The notes: a model not told the origin generated them from the sequence alone. A stretch of 64,000 nt of DNA from an uncultured Bacteroidales bacterium (GCA_963696535.1 CAVOKP010000017.1:20440-84439), one strand, 5' to 3'; shown: positions 30,477 through 39,933, counted from the first letter of the stretch. A program made the numbers and translations.

Positions 30477-31430
30477 ATGGATCTTCCGGATCTTTCCGAC
30501 ATTCAGTCTGCCCATAAAAGGATAAAGCCGTTTATTCACAAAACTCCTGTACTTACTTCCAGTCAGCTTAACCGGATGTTCGATTGTGAATTGTACTTCA
30601 AATGTGAGAATTTCCAGAAGGTAGGTGCTTTTAAGTTCAGGGGAGCAACAAATGCCGTCATGTCGCTTAACGACGATGAGAAGAAACATGGTGTTGTCAC
30701 GCATTCTTCAGGGAATCATGCAGCTGCCCTTGCTCTGGCTGCAGGAATGAACGGAGTCAGGGCCTATATTGTTATGCCTGAGAACGCTCCTTTGGTGAAG
30801 AAGGATGCCGTCGCAGGTTATGGGGCAATTATAACATTCTGTAAACCAACCCTTCAGTCACGCGAGGAGACCTGCAGGGCAATAATGGAGAGGGAGGGCG
30901 CAACTCTAATCCATCCCTATGACAATTTCAATGTCATCTGTGGACAGGGCACGGCGTCGCTGGAACTTCTCGAAGAAAAACCAGGCCTTGATATAATTGT
31001 TGCACCGGTGGGCGGCGGCGGACTGATGAGCGGAACTTCAACAAGCGCAAAAGGGATCAACGGAAGCATCACTGTAATCGGTGCCGAACCTTTGAATGCA
31101 AATGACGCTTGGAAATCCTTTAAAACAGGCTTACTGACTCCCTCTGTTAATCCTTTAACAATAGCCGACGGCCTCCTGACTTCCCTGAGTGAGCTTACTT
31201 TTTCAATAATCAGGAAGAATGTTGATGATATCTTTACGGCCACCGAGGAGTCAATAATAAGCTCTATGAAGCTGATATGGGAAAGAATGAAAATAATTAT
31301 CGAACCATCATCGGCAACCGTACTGGCAGTGATAAAGGAGAATCCCTCATATTTCAAGGGAAAGAAGGTTGGACTGATCATCTCCGGAGGCAATGTTGAT
31401 CTGACAAGATTGCCATTCAAAACCCAGTGA
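30477..31430 (+). CDS. PLP-dependent serine/threonine dehydratase family enzyme (serine racemase / threo-3-hydroxyaspartate ammonia-lyase-like)
   Basis: PLP-lysine motif FKFRGA, SSGNHA, and the glycine loop VGGGGLMSG. Confidence 0.8.
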   Translation: MDLPDLSDIQSAHKRIKPFIHKTPVLTSSQLNRMFDCELYFKCENFQKVGAFKFRGATNAVMSLNDDEKKHGVVTHSSGNHAAALALAAGMNGVRAYIVMPENAPLVKKDAVAGYGAIITFCKPTLQSREETCRAIMEREGATLIHPYDNFNVICGQGTASLELLEEKPGLDIIVAPVGGGGLMSGTSTSAKGINGSITVIGAEPLNANDAWKSFKTGLLTPSVNPLTIADGLLTSLSELTFSIIRKNVDDIFTATEESIISSMKLIWERMKIIIEPSSATVLAVIKENPSYFKGKKVGLIISGGNVDLTRLPFKTQ

Positions 31431-31442
31431 TAACAAATGGCT

Positions 31443-31533
31443 GGTTCCTTGTTCCTCGTTCCTTGTTCCTCGTTCCTCGTTACCAACCAGCAACAAGCAA
31501 CCAGCACCGAGCACCGAGCACCGAGCACCAAGC
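31443..31533. repeat. low-complexity heptamer-word tract (GTTCCTY x6, then AGCAACM/GCACCGA x7)
   Basis: ggttccttgttcctcgttccttgttcctcgttcctcgtt accaaccagcaacaagcaaccagcaccgagcaccgagcaccgagcaccaagc lies between convergent genes. Confidence 0.7.
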
Positions 31534-31547
31534 TCCCGGCCCCCTGC

Positions 31548-32750
31548 CTAATTCTTCTTCCTGAACCAGGCAACTATTGGATAGTGATCCGAGTATTTTA
31601 CTTTCAATATATCGAAATGCCGGCATTCCAGGGCATCATCAAACAGGATATAATCTATCCTGTTAGGAGGATAATTGCCCTTATAGGTGAATCCGGCTCC
31701 GTAACCTGAGCTTACGAACGAATCATTCAGCCCTTTGCGGATCTTCCTGTACGAATATGAAACGGGAGTATCGTTAAAGTCGCCGGCAACTATAACGGGA
31801 TACGGGGATTTTCCAAGCCGGTACTTGACAGCCTGCGCCTGCGATGCTCTTTTAACAAATCCTTTTCTCAGGCTCGATGAAATGCTTAATATCTCGTTAA
31901 GTGCCTCCTTGTCATCCGATGTTTCAACAAGTTCGCTGAGAAATGTGCGTTCCATCCTGTGGAGGCGGAATGACTGAAGGTGATTATTGAATACCCTGAT
32001 GGTATCCTTTCCGACGAGTATATCTGAATATATCGAGAGGCTTGATGATTTATCATGAACTATGTCACCCCTGCTGATTATCGGAAATCTGGTAAGTGTA
32101 GCAATTCCGTAGTACCTGTTTTTTCCACTGCCGATCACCTTAAAATGGGAAAAATATTTTCCTCCGAGGGCGGACCTGATTTCCCGTTCCTTCTGCCCTG
32201 GATCCCCCATGATATAGATTTCCTGCAGACAAATTATATCCGCCCCCTGATTCCTGAGAAGTTCAAGTATCCTCTTTTCTGAACTGCTGGTGCTTCTTCC
32301 TTCAAAATAGTTGAACAGGCGGACGTTGTAGCTCTGGACCTGAAAAGTCCCGGTCTTATCGCCCGATGGTTTTTGAATCTTGATGTAATTGGAGAAATGG
32401 GTAAAGCCTGCCAGAATGACAATAACCGAGACCAGCGCCTCCCATCTCAGGGTAACTGCCCAGGCAATCGCAAAAATAATATTGACAAGCAGGAGGTAGG
32501 GATAGGCAAGCCCAAACAGGGCAGGAAGTGCAATAAAGTCAGGATCAATATGAACTGAAAGGTAGGAAAATAGAAGGAACAGGGCAAACAATATATTTAC
32601 ACCAAGAAATGCCTTGTACAAAAACTTCTTCAATGCATTCTGATTTGTCAGGGCTAATTTATCTGTATTCCTGAATAATTGCATGTGAAGCTGATGATTT
32701 TTGATAAGACATGTAAAAATATACGTGAAAGCAGCAGAAATCCGGATCAC
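31548..32750 (-). CDS. membrane-anchored endonuclease/exonuclease/phosphatase (EEP) family protein
   Basis: N-terminal hydrophobic helices followed by an EEP domain (DIICLQEI...GDFND...SDHYP). The GTG start overlaps the stop of the upstream rhomboid gene. Confidence 0.8.
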   Translation of the reverse strand: MIRISAAFTYIFTCLIKNHQLHMQLFRNTDKLALTNQNALKKFLYKAFLGVNILFALFLLFSYLSVHIDPDFIALPALFGLAYPYLLLVNIIFAIAWAVTLRWEALVSVIVILAGFTHFSNYIKIQKPSGDKTGTFQVQSYNVRLFNYFEGRSTSSSEKRILELLRNQGADIICLQEIYIMGDPGQKEREIRSALGGKYFSHFKVIGSGKNRYYGIATLTRFPIISRGDIVHDKSSSLSIYSDILVGKDTIRVFNNHLQSFRLHRMERTFLSELVETSDDKEALNEILSISSSLRKGFVKRASQAQAVKYRLGKSPYPVIVAGDFNDTPVSYSYRKIRKGLNDSFVSSGYGAGFTYKGNYPPNRIDYILFDDALECRHFDILKVKYSDHYPIVAWFRKKN

Positions 32751-33634
32751 TTTTTCTTCTGGCTTTCACTGAAGAGAAGGTCCTTTTCTTCTTTTGTCAG
32801 GCTGTCGTAACCGCCCTTTGAGATCTTGTCGAGTATCTTGTTTATCTGTTCCTGGTGGTTAGCCCTTGCTTTATTGTATTCATATTCGGTTGTCCTCTTT
32901 TTATATGTTACCCTCATCTTTTTCCGGGGCTTGAAAAGGGTGGCGAAGAAATCAATTACTTTATTTAATCCTTTTCCGAGATCAAGTCCGCGGCGCAGGT
33001 TTGTTGTGTAAAGATATCCAAAGCCTGCCCCTCCGATATGGGCCAGTTTGCCTCCAGAATTCACTGAGAAGTCCATAACGGATGTAAGAATGAAAATCAC
33101 AAGGGCAACCCATTTTATCTTAATCCGGCCGAGAAGGAAAAGGTTAACGGAGTAATCAGGGACATAGACAGCTATTGCAACGACAACAGCAAGCACCGAA
33201 GCTGAAGCGCCTATTGCAACTGATTCTGAAACAACCTGATCGAATGCCGGGAATATATTGAATGATATTATATATACTATGGCGCCGGTTATGCCTCCAA
33301 GGAGGTAGACGGAAACAAGTTTCTTCTGATCGAGGTATTCAAGGAAGATGGTTCCGAACCAGTAGAGCCACAGCATATTGAACAGGATATGCAGGACATC
33401 CTTATGAGTGAACATGTAGGTTATCAATGTCCATGGCCTTACAACAAATGCTTTAACAGAGGAGGGCACCGAGAACAGATTAAGTATTTTCAGCGAAAGA
33501 GCCTGATTATTGAGAAGGTATCCGATTATCGATCCGGCAGTTATCAGCAAAAAAACGGCAATATTCAGATAGATGAGCCTTGTAAGGCTGCTTCCGGTTC
33601 TGAATGTTTTTCCCAAATCCTCCCAGATACTCAT
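32747..33634 (-). CDS. rhomboid-family intramembrane serine protease with a C-terminal cytoplasmic tail
   Basis: HxxxN (HILFNMLWLYWFG), GASASV serine motif, AHIGGAGFG. Confidence 0.8.
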   Translation of the reverse strand: MSIWEDLGKTFRTGSSLTRLIYLNIAVFLLITAGSIIGYLLNNQALSLKILNLFSVPSSVKAFVVRPWTLITYMFTHKDVLHILFNMLWLYWFGTIFLEYLDQKKLVSVYLLGGITGAIVYIISFNIFPAFDQVVSESVAIGASASVLAVVVAIAVYVPDYSVNLFLLGRIKIKWVALVIFILTSVMDFSVNSGGKLAHIGGAGFGYLYTTNLRRGLDLGKGLNKVIDFFATLFKPRKKMRVTYKKRTTEYEYNKARANHQEQINKILDKISKGGYDSLTKEEKDLLFSESQKKK

Positions 33635-34377
33635 CAGTAAAGAGTTGTGGTTGTCTTTCTCCAGTACCTAATCATGATATAACCGAAAAACATGCCACCT
33701 AGGTGAGCGGCATGAGCTATATTGCTTCCCGGCTGGGTTACTGCCAGGTAGAGTTCAATAGCCCCGTAACCGAGAACAAAGTACTTCGCTTTGATCGGAA
33801 TAGGGGGGAAGAGCAGCATCAGCTGGGTATTGGGGAAGAGAACTCCGAAAGCAAGAAGAATACCAAATACTGCCCCGGATGCTCCGACAGTAGGAGTATT
33901 TAAAAGCATCTGAAGTTTAAGCATTTCCTGGTCAGCGAATCCCTGTCCCTGTCTGAATAATGAAGTTCCCTGGTCAATCACGGTTTGCAGATTATCAGGG
34001 CCGATACTCTGAGCCAGCTGATTGTATTGGAATGCAATAACTGTTTCATGAGTCAGTGCCGCACCAAGGCCGCAAACCATATAATAGATGAAAAACCTCT
34101 TTGGTCCCCACACATTCTCAAGGATCCCGCCAAACATGTAGAGTGCAAACATGTTGAAGAACAGATGCCAGAAATCAGCATGCATGAACATGTGGGTAAG
34201 TATCTGGAGAGGCTTGAAGAGCTCCGATTTCGGAAAGTAAAGTGCGAGAATGGTTGTAAGGTCATAACTGAAAACACTTTTTGCAGTTATTGTGGCAACG
34301 AGCAATAAGACATTAATCAGTATGAGATTTTTTACAACAGGCGGCAATGCCGCAAATCCTCTGCCAAATCCGTTCAT
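33634..34377 (-). CDS. rhomboid-family intramembrane serine protease
   Basis: HLFFNMFALYMFG, GASGAVFG, AHLGGMFFG. Confidence 0.85.
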   Translation of the reverse strand: MNGFGRGFAALPPVVKNLILINVLLLVATITAKSVFSYDLTTILALYFPKSELFKPLQILTHMFMHADFWHLFFNMFALYMFGGILENVWGPKRFFIYYMVCGLGAALTHETVIAFQYNQLAQSIGPDNLQTVIDQGTSLFRQGQGFADQEMLKLQMLLNTPTVGASGAVFGILLAFGVLFPNTQLMLLFPPIPIKAKYFVLGYGAIELYLAVTQPGSNIAHAAHLGGMFFGYIMIRYWRKTTTTLY

Positions 34378-34470
34378 GAACTATACTTTATTTCTTGTAA
34401 TAAAATTGAGGCTAAAGATACTACTATCAATTTATCTGCCAAAAACAGATTCAGGGCTTTAGCCCAAAAC

Positions 34471-36267
34471 CTAACGGAGCCGCTTATCAATTTCCTCAAG
34501 GGTTATTATATTGATGACTGCCTTCCCTTTTGGTGAATAATTAGGCGACCTGCACAAAAACAGGGTATCGAAAAGATCCTCCATTTCACTCTTCATCAGG
34601 ACTTTGCCGTAAGGTATTGCCGAGGCTCCTGCCATAGCCTGTGCTACTTTCTCCTTTATTCCTGCCGACGGATCCGACTGGGTTGCCTTAAACTCTTCAA
34701 GCATGATCTCCAGCATCATCACAGGATCGGCAGAACCGGTTTCAGCAGGACGGCCGGTTATGGAAATCTTGTTACCTCCGGTAAAAGTAAAAGCAAATCC
34801 AAGCAGCTTTAAGTCATCCTCTATCTCTTTCAGGACCATTATATCAGCCGGATTCAGATCAATTGCCACCGGGAAGAGTTCAGCCTGGCTCAGGCTTTTG
34901 TTGCTGTTCAGGTTTTCAAGGTACTTTTCGTAGAGGATCCTTTCATGAGCCCTTTTCTGATCAATAAGCATAAGCCCCGATTTTACCGGACAGACGATAT
35001 ATTTATTCTTTATCTGGAAGAATTTTCTTTCGTTTTCGGCCTTTGAAGGTTCCGGATCTCCCCGCTCAAGCTTGTAATACAGCTTTTCCCAGTCAGAATT
35101 GTTCTCTCTTTCGAATCTTTCGATAAACCTGTTCTGATTTGATGACTTTTCATCGCCTGCAAAGGGATCGTACCGCGGATCGATCCCGATCGATGGGGGT
35201 TCAGGGATACCCCTGAAGGCCGACCCGACGGGAATATCGATCAATGATTCGCCATTGAAATCGAGCGATGGCACGATATTAAACCTTCCAAGGGCTTCCT
35301 TAACCGAAGCCATCAGGATTTGCCAGATCGATCTTTCATCTTCAAACTTGATCTCGGTCTTGGTGGGATGGATGTTTATATCAATCGAAGCAGGATCTGT
35401 TTCCATAAAGATGAAATACGAGGGGATTACTTCAGGAGGAAGAATGTTCTGGTATGCCTCAACAACTGCTTTATGAAAATAGGGATGTTTCATGAACCTG
35501 TTGTTGACGAAAAAGAATTGTTCCCCGTATGTTCTTCGTGCATTCTCGGGTTTTCCAATGAATCCCCTGATATTTACAAGGGTCGTGTCGGTTTCAAGAG
35601 TAATGAGATCGTTGTTTATCTGCCTGCCGAACACACCGATTATCCTTTGCCGCAGATTGCCGGGCCCGAGATTGTAAATTTCATTATCATTGTGATGGAG
35701 AGTAAATCTTATTTCCTGATGAGCAATGACGATCTTCTGAAACTCGGTAATTATATGCCTCATTTCAGTATTGTCCGACTTAAGGAATTTTCTCCGTGCC
35801 GGAATATTGAAGAACAGATTCTTCACTGAAAAACTTGATCCGGCATGGCAGCTGCATGGTTCCTGGACTTCAACTTTTGAGCCGTTAAGGATAATTATGG
35901 TTCCTGAATCCTCCTCTTTTTTCCTTGTCTTCAGCTCCACCATCGAAACAGCGGCTATTGATGCCAGTGCCTCTCCCCTGAAGCCTTTGGTGCGGATTGA
36001 AAAAAGATCCCCGGCTGAAGTTATTTTTGAAGTTGCATGCCTTTCAAACGATAACCGGGCATCGGTTTCCGACATACCTGTCCCATTGTCGACAACCTGA
36101 ATCAATGTACGGCCCGAATCCCTTATAATGACATCAATGCTTTCAGCCTGAGCGTCGACTGAATTCTCGACAAGTTCCTTGACAACCGATGCCGGCCGCT
36201 GAATTACTTCTCCTGCAGCGATCTGATTTGCAACCGAATCGGGTAAAAGCTTAATAATATCAGGCAT
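34471..36267 (-). CDS. mutL: DNA mismatch repair protein MutL
   Basis: GHKL ATPase N-terminus (IAAGEVIQRPASVVKELVENSVDA, DNGTGM) and a C-terminal dimerisation domain. Confidence 0.95.
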   Translation of the reverse strand: MPDIIKLLPDSVANQIAAGEVIQRPASVVKELVENSVDAQAESIDVIIRDSGRTLIQVVDNGTGMSETDARLSFERHATSKITSAGDLFSIRTKGFRGEALASIAAVSMVELKTRKKEEDSGTIIILNGSKVEVQEPCSCHAGSSFSVKNLFFNIPARRKFLKSDNTEMRHIITEFQKIVIAHQEIRFTLHHNDNEIYNLGPGNLRQRIIGVFGRQINNDLITLETDTTLVNIRGFIGKPENARRTYGEQFFFVNNRFMKHPYFHKAVVEAYQNILPPEVIPSYFIFMETDPASIDINIHPTKTEIKFEDERSIWQILMASVKEALGRFNIVPSLDFNGESLIDIPVGSAFRGIPEPPSIGIDPRYDPFAGDEKSSNQNRFIERFERENNSDWEKLYYKLERGDPEPSKAENERKFFQIKNKYIVCPVKSGLMLIDQKRAHERILYEKYLENLNSNKSLSQAELFPVAIDLNPADIMVLKEIEDDLKLLGFAFTFTGGNKISITGRPAETGSADPVMMLEIMLEEFKATQSDPSAGIKEKVAQAMAGASAIPYGKVLMKSEMEDLFDTLFLCRSPNYSPKGKAVINIITLEEIDKRLR

Positions 36268-36353
36268 CAGCGAAGGGCTATGTTCAGTAATTAGTTATTA
36301 ATCTGTTTGTTAACAGGTCATGACTGGAGTTATTGACCCCTGTTTTGAACCTC

Positions 36354-36377
36354 ATGCAAATATAAGTATATTTGCAT
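36354..36377. promoter_or_regulatory. 24-bp perfect palindrome in the divergent mutL / EEP spacer
   Basis: atgcaaatata-ag-tatatttgcat, with 11-bp arms. Confidence 0.4.
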
Positions 36378-36471
36378 CATCACATTTGAGGGGGGAGACC
36401 GCATTTCATATTGCGGACCTTTTATTATATTTATCTGCCAGTGACTTTATTTCTATGTAAATTCTTTGATT

Positions 36472-37338
36472 ATGAAGAAGTTGTATTTACTGCCTGTAAT
36501 CTTCCTTCTGGTTCTTCTGCCGGGATGCAATAAAAAATCAAATGTCGATGTCCTGAAAGTAATGACTTTCAACATCCGTTATGACAATCCAAGGGACAGC
36601 ATTAATGCCTGGCCAAACAGGGCTGCCTTCCTGTGCAGGTTCTTAAAGGATGAGGATCCCGATCTTATCGGGATGCAGGAAGTGCTGGCTCAACAGCATG
36701 ATTACATCGATTCAGTCATGACCGGCTACAGTTCAGTTGGTGTTGGAAGAAGCGACGGAGCTAAAAAGGGGGAGATGAATCCGGTATTTTTTAAAAAGGA
36801 GAGGTTTGACCTCATCAGGACCAAGACATTCTGGTTGTCTGACACACCGGATGTTGCAGGCACAAAAGCATGGGGTGCAAATCTTCCCCGTATTGTCACA
36901 TGGGTTGAGCTTTCAGAAAAGACAACTTCTGAGCATTTTTATTTCTTCAATACCCATTTTGCACATGATTCTGATTCTGCAAGGATTCTGAGCTCCGGAT
37001 TACTGCTGAACAGAGTTGACAGTATTGCAGACGGTTTCCCGTTTGTGGTTACAGGAGATCTTAATATGCTGATTTCAGGGAAAGGCTATGAAATCCTTAC
37101 CGGTCCCTATGAAAGTGTGCCATTGTTTACTGATACGTATGCGGTTTCCGAAAAAAGGCCGACGGGACCGGCTTATACATTTAACGGTTTTTCGGACAGC
37201 ACATCAGCGGGGAGAATAGACTATGTTTTTGTAAGGACCGGCATGAAGGTCCTTGAACACAGAACCTTTATCCGTAAGGAACACGGTGTTTTCATTTCCG
37301 ACCACTGGCCGGTAATGGCAACCATATCGCTAAAGTAA
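36472..37338 (+). CDS. secreted endonuclease/exonuclease/phosphatase family lipoprotein
   Basis: Lipobox LLPGCN and EEP motifs (MTFNIRYDN, GMQEV, NTHFAHDS, GDLN, SDHWPV). The ATG at 36472 is preferred over the TTG at 36466. Confidence 0.85.
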   Translation: MKKLYLLPVIFLLVLLPGCNKKSNVDVLKVMTFNIRYDNPRDSINAWPNRAAFLCRFLKDEDPDLIGMQEVLAQQHDYIDSVMTGYSSVGVGRSDGAKKGEMNPVFFKKERFDLIRTKTFWLSDTPDVAGTKAWGANLPRIVTWVELSEKTTSEHFYFFNTHFAHDSDSARILSSGLLLNRVDSIADGFPFVVTGDLNMLISGKGYEILTGPYESVPLFTDTYAVSEKRPTGPAYTFNGFSDSTSAGRIDYVFVRTGMKVLEHRTFIRKEHGVFISDHWPVMATISLK

Positions 37339-37347
37339 TTTAAACTT

Positions 37348-37414
37348 CCCGCAGATCGCGCGGATTTCCGCAGATTTGGATTTCTCATCTGCGTCAATCT
37401 GCATAATCAGCGGG
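37348..37414. repeat. word-palindrome hairpin (CCGCAGAT words) between convergent genes
   Basis: cccgcagatcgcgcggatttccgcagat ... atctgcgtcaatctgcataatcagcggg forms an imperfect stem of about 28 bp. Confidence 0.75.
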
Positions 37415-37423
37415 AAAATGTTT

Positions 37424-38542
37424 TCAGGCAGTTTTCCTGTATCTCCTTATCGCGAGTGCCGTGAATAAAACTGCGATAGTTATCAATGACCAGATATCTC
37501 CGCTGATATCATTAATAGAAGATCCCTTAAGCATCACCATCCTGTTTATTCTCATTATGTAAGCCACCGGATTTATGAGATCAATTTTCCGGGCCCAGTC
37601 GGGCATGCTTTCGAGGGGCGTGAATATGCCACTCATAAGTATGAAGATTATCATGCAGAAGAATGCTATAAACATAAATTGCTGCTGGGTTCCGGAGAAT
37701 GTTGAAATGAAGAGTGCAAATCCAAGAACTGCTACGAGGAATATCGAAGCACTGAGGAAAAGTAGTGCAATACTTCCTTCAAAAGGGATGTTAAATGCCA
37801 CCTTCCCCAGTACCAATCCTATTACCAGATCGATGAGGCCGATGATCAGAAATGGAACCATCTTGGCGATAATGAACTGATGCTTCCGGACCGGTGTCAC
37901 GTTTATCTGCTCAATGGTCCCTGTCTCCTTCTCCCTTACAAGATTAAGCCCTGCAAGAAGGAAGCCTATTGCCGTGACAAGAATTCCTAGAATTCCCGGA
38001 AGCATATAATACTTATAATTTAACAACTCATTGTACCAGTAACGGTTTTGAATATTGATACGTGGGATTGCAGATTCCATCTGGATACCTGTGTGTTCCA
38101 TTGCAAGTTCGGAATTGAAATCCCGGATGACACCATTCAGGTAGGCCCATGAGAGCTGGGCGGTGGAGGCATTTATTGCATTTACTGAGACCAGTAATTT
38201 GCCAGGCTGCCCGGTTCCGGTTTCTTTTCCGAAATCAGCCGGAATCTGAAGCACAAGGGTGCATTTGTCCCTGAGAAGCAGTGCGTTGGCCTCTTCCTCA
38301 GAAGATGTCGAGTTTGTAATTTTAAAGAATGTCGATCCTTCCAGTTTGCTAATGAGGCTTCTTGATACGGAAGACATATCCCTGTCGATAATGCACAGCT
38401 TAATATTCTTGATTTCAAAAGTCACTGCCGGTACAAGTATCAGCATCTGGATTATCGGAACGCCGAAAATAGCCTTGCCGATAAACTTGTTCCGGAAGAT
38501 CTGAATGAATTCCTTTCTGATAAGATAGAATATAGTTCGCAT
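37424..38542 (-). CDS. ABC-2 type transporter permease (YbhR/YbhS-like)
   Basis: 372 aa with an N-terminal TM helix, a large extracytoplasmic loop, then five TM helices. It is a paralog of 38722..39831. Confidence 0.85.
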   Translation of the reverse strand: MRTIFYLIRKEFIQIFRNKFIGKAIFGVPIIQMLILVPAVTFEIKNIKLCIIDRDMSSVSRSLISKLEGSTFFKITNSTSSEEEANALLLRDKCTLVLQIPADFGKETGTGQPGKLLVSVNAINASTAQLSWAYLNGVIRDFNSELAMEHTGIQMESAIPRINIQNRYWYNELLNYKYYMLPGILGILVTAIGFLLAGLNLVREKETGTIEQINVTPVRKHQFIIAKMVPFLIIGLIDLVIGLVLGKVAFNIPFEGSIALLFLSASIFLVAVLGFALFISTFSGTQQQFMFIAFFCMIIFILMSGIFTPLESMPDWARKIDLINPVAYIMRINRMVMLKGSSINDISGDIWSLITIAVLFTALAIRRYRKTA

Positions 38543-38565
38543 AAGTCAGTCTTTTTATCTTTAAA

Positions 38566-38716
38566 AACCCACCCCCAGCCCTTCCACCACAAATCTCCCC
38601 TGCAGTCTGGCTCCTCCCTAAAATTGCCCACCGGGCAATTTCTTAACGGTCGGCCCCCCAGGAGGGGAGCCGGTTGGGGGCCTGTCGCCTGACGCCTGTC
38701 GCCCGTCGCCTGTCAT
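38566..38716. repeat. nested composite repeat (hairpin unit with a ~70-nt insert carrying its own 9-bp hairpin) followed by a GCCTGTC heptamer tract
   Basis: 38566-38671 is nearly identical to 42806-42911. The inner hairpin aaattgccc-acc-gggcaattt lies at 38621-38641, and the tract cctgtcgcctgacgcctgtcgcccgtcgcctgtcat at 38681-38716. Confidence 0.85.
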
Positions 38717-38721
38717 ACCTT

Positions 38722-39831
38722 CTACTGCAGTCTTATTTTGAAATTTCTTATACTCAATCCGATAAATGCAATTGTAAAAGCCGTCAATATCAGAGTCTCT
38801 TTCCATATATAAAGGAAGCCGGTGCCCTTGATCATAATATTTTTGATAATCACTATAAAATACCTTGGCGGAAGAATTGAGCTGATCCATCCGTAAACTT
38901 CAGGCATATTTTCAATCGGGAAGATAAAACCTGAAAGCAGAATTGTGGGAAGCATCATTCCGACAAGTGAAATAAAAATCGCCTGCTGCATTGTATCCGA
39001 TACAGTCGAAATCAGGATTCCCAGGGAAAGGCTCATCATTATATAGAGCATGCTTTCGGCAAGCAGGAGGACCAGGCTGCCTTTTACCGGAAGGTCGAAG
39101 ACCAGCCAGGAAAGCAGAAGGATCACTATCACGTCAATAAACGAAAGAAAGAAATAAGGCATTACCTTACCCAGGATTATCTGAACCGGTTTCAGGGGCG
39201 AGACAAGAAGAACTTCCATTGTGCCGAATTCCTTTTCACGGGTTATTGTAACTGAAGTCATCAGGGCACAGATCAGGATCATAATAAGGGTGATCACCCC
39301 GGGAACAAACATGAAATGGCCCTTCAGGCCGGGATTGTAGAACATCCTTACTTCGGGCCGGACGAGCAAATTGCCGCCAGTGGCCGGACCGGAAAGTTCC
39401 CTGTTGAAATCGGTTATAATCGCTGTAAGGTAATTTGTTACGAGTGTTGCCGTATTCGGTTCCGATCCGTCGGCAATTATCGATAATGTTGCATTCCCTT
39501 CACTTATAAGTCTGCGACCGAAATTACCCTCAAATACAATCACCGCTTTTGTCTTCCCCTTTTTGAGTATTCTGTCGATATCATTATGGTCGGTCAGATC
39601 GGCGGTCCTGTTAAAGAATCCTGAGGAGCATATCTTATCGGATATCTTTATGGTGACCTCATCCTTTGAAAGATCCAGGAATGCCACCCCTGCGTTTTTG
39701 ATGTCGGTGCTTACAACGTATCCGAAAAGCAATATCTGGGCAGCCGGTATTCCGAATATGATAATCAGCGTCCGGTAGTCCCTGAAAATATGGAGGAACT
39801 CTTTTCTGACAAATCCAAGGAAGCGTTTCAT
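38722..39831 (-). CDS. ABC-2 type transporter permease (YbhS/YbhR-like)
   Basis: 369 aa with the same topology as its paralog. Confidence 0.85.
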   Translation of the reverse strand: MKRFLGFVRKEFLHIFRDYRTLIIIFGIPAAQILLFGYVVSTDIKNAGVAFLDLSKDEVTIKISDKICSSGFFNRTADLTDHNDIDRILKKGKTKAVIVFEGNFGRRLISEGNATLSIIADGSEPNTATLVTNYLTAIITDFNRELSGPATGGNLLVRPEVRMFYNPGLKGHFMFVPGVITLIMILICALMTSVTITREKEFGTMEVLLVSPLKPVQIILGKVMPYFFLSFIDVIVILLLSWLVFDLPVKGSLVLLLAESMLYIMMSLSLGILISTVSDTMQQAIFISLVGMMLPTILLSGFIFPIENMPEVYGWISSILPPRYFIVIIKNIMIKGTGFLYIWKETLILTAFTIAFIGLSIRNFKIRLQ

Positions 39832-39864
39832 TTTATTAATCAGCGTTTTTACTTCTTGTTTTCT

Positions 39865-39933
39865 ACCCCCAACCCCCTAAAGGGGGCTTCTTTTTCAGCT
39901 CAGTTTAGCCCCCCTTGTGGAAAGATGGGGGGT
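39865..39933. repeat. two C5-6/G5-6 stem hairpins; the second lies inside the 3' end of the ABC ATPase gene
   Basis: acccccaaccccctaaagggggc (39865-39887) and gcccccc-ttgtggaaagat-ggggggt (39908-39933). Confidence 0.7.

Noticed and set aside
30917-31573. 218-aa ORF on the minus strand
   Set aside because: It is antisense to the PLP-dependent dehydratase gene and runs into the heptamer tract. It has no recognisable motifs.
31437-31709. 90-aa ORF MAGSLFLVPCSSFLVTNQQQATSTEHRAPS...
   Set aside because: It is a translation of the heptamer-word tract followed by an antisense read of the EEP gene end.
38618-38890. 90-aa ORF ending ...GDRPPTGSPPGGPTVKKLPGGQF
   Set aside because: Its C-terminal third is a read-through of the composite repeat and heptamer tract, and the rest overlaps the permease gene out of frame.
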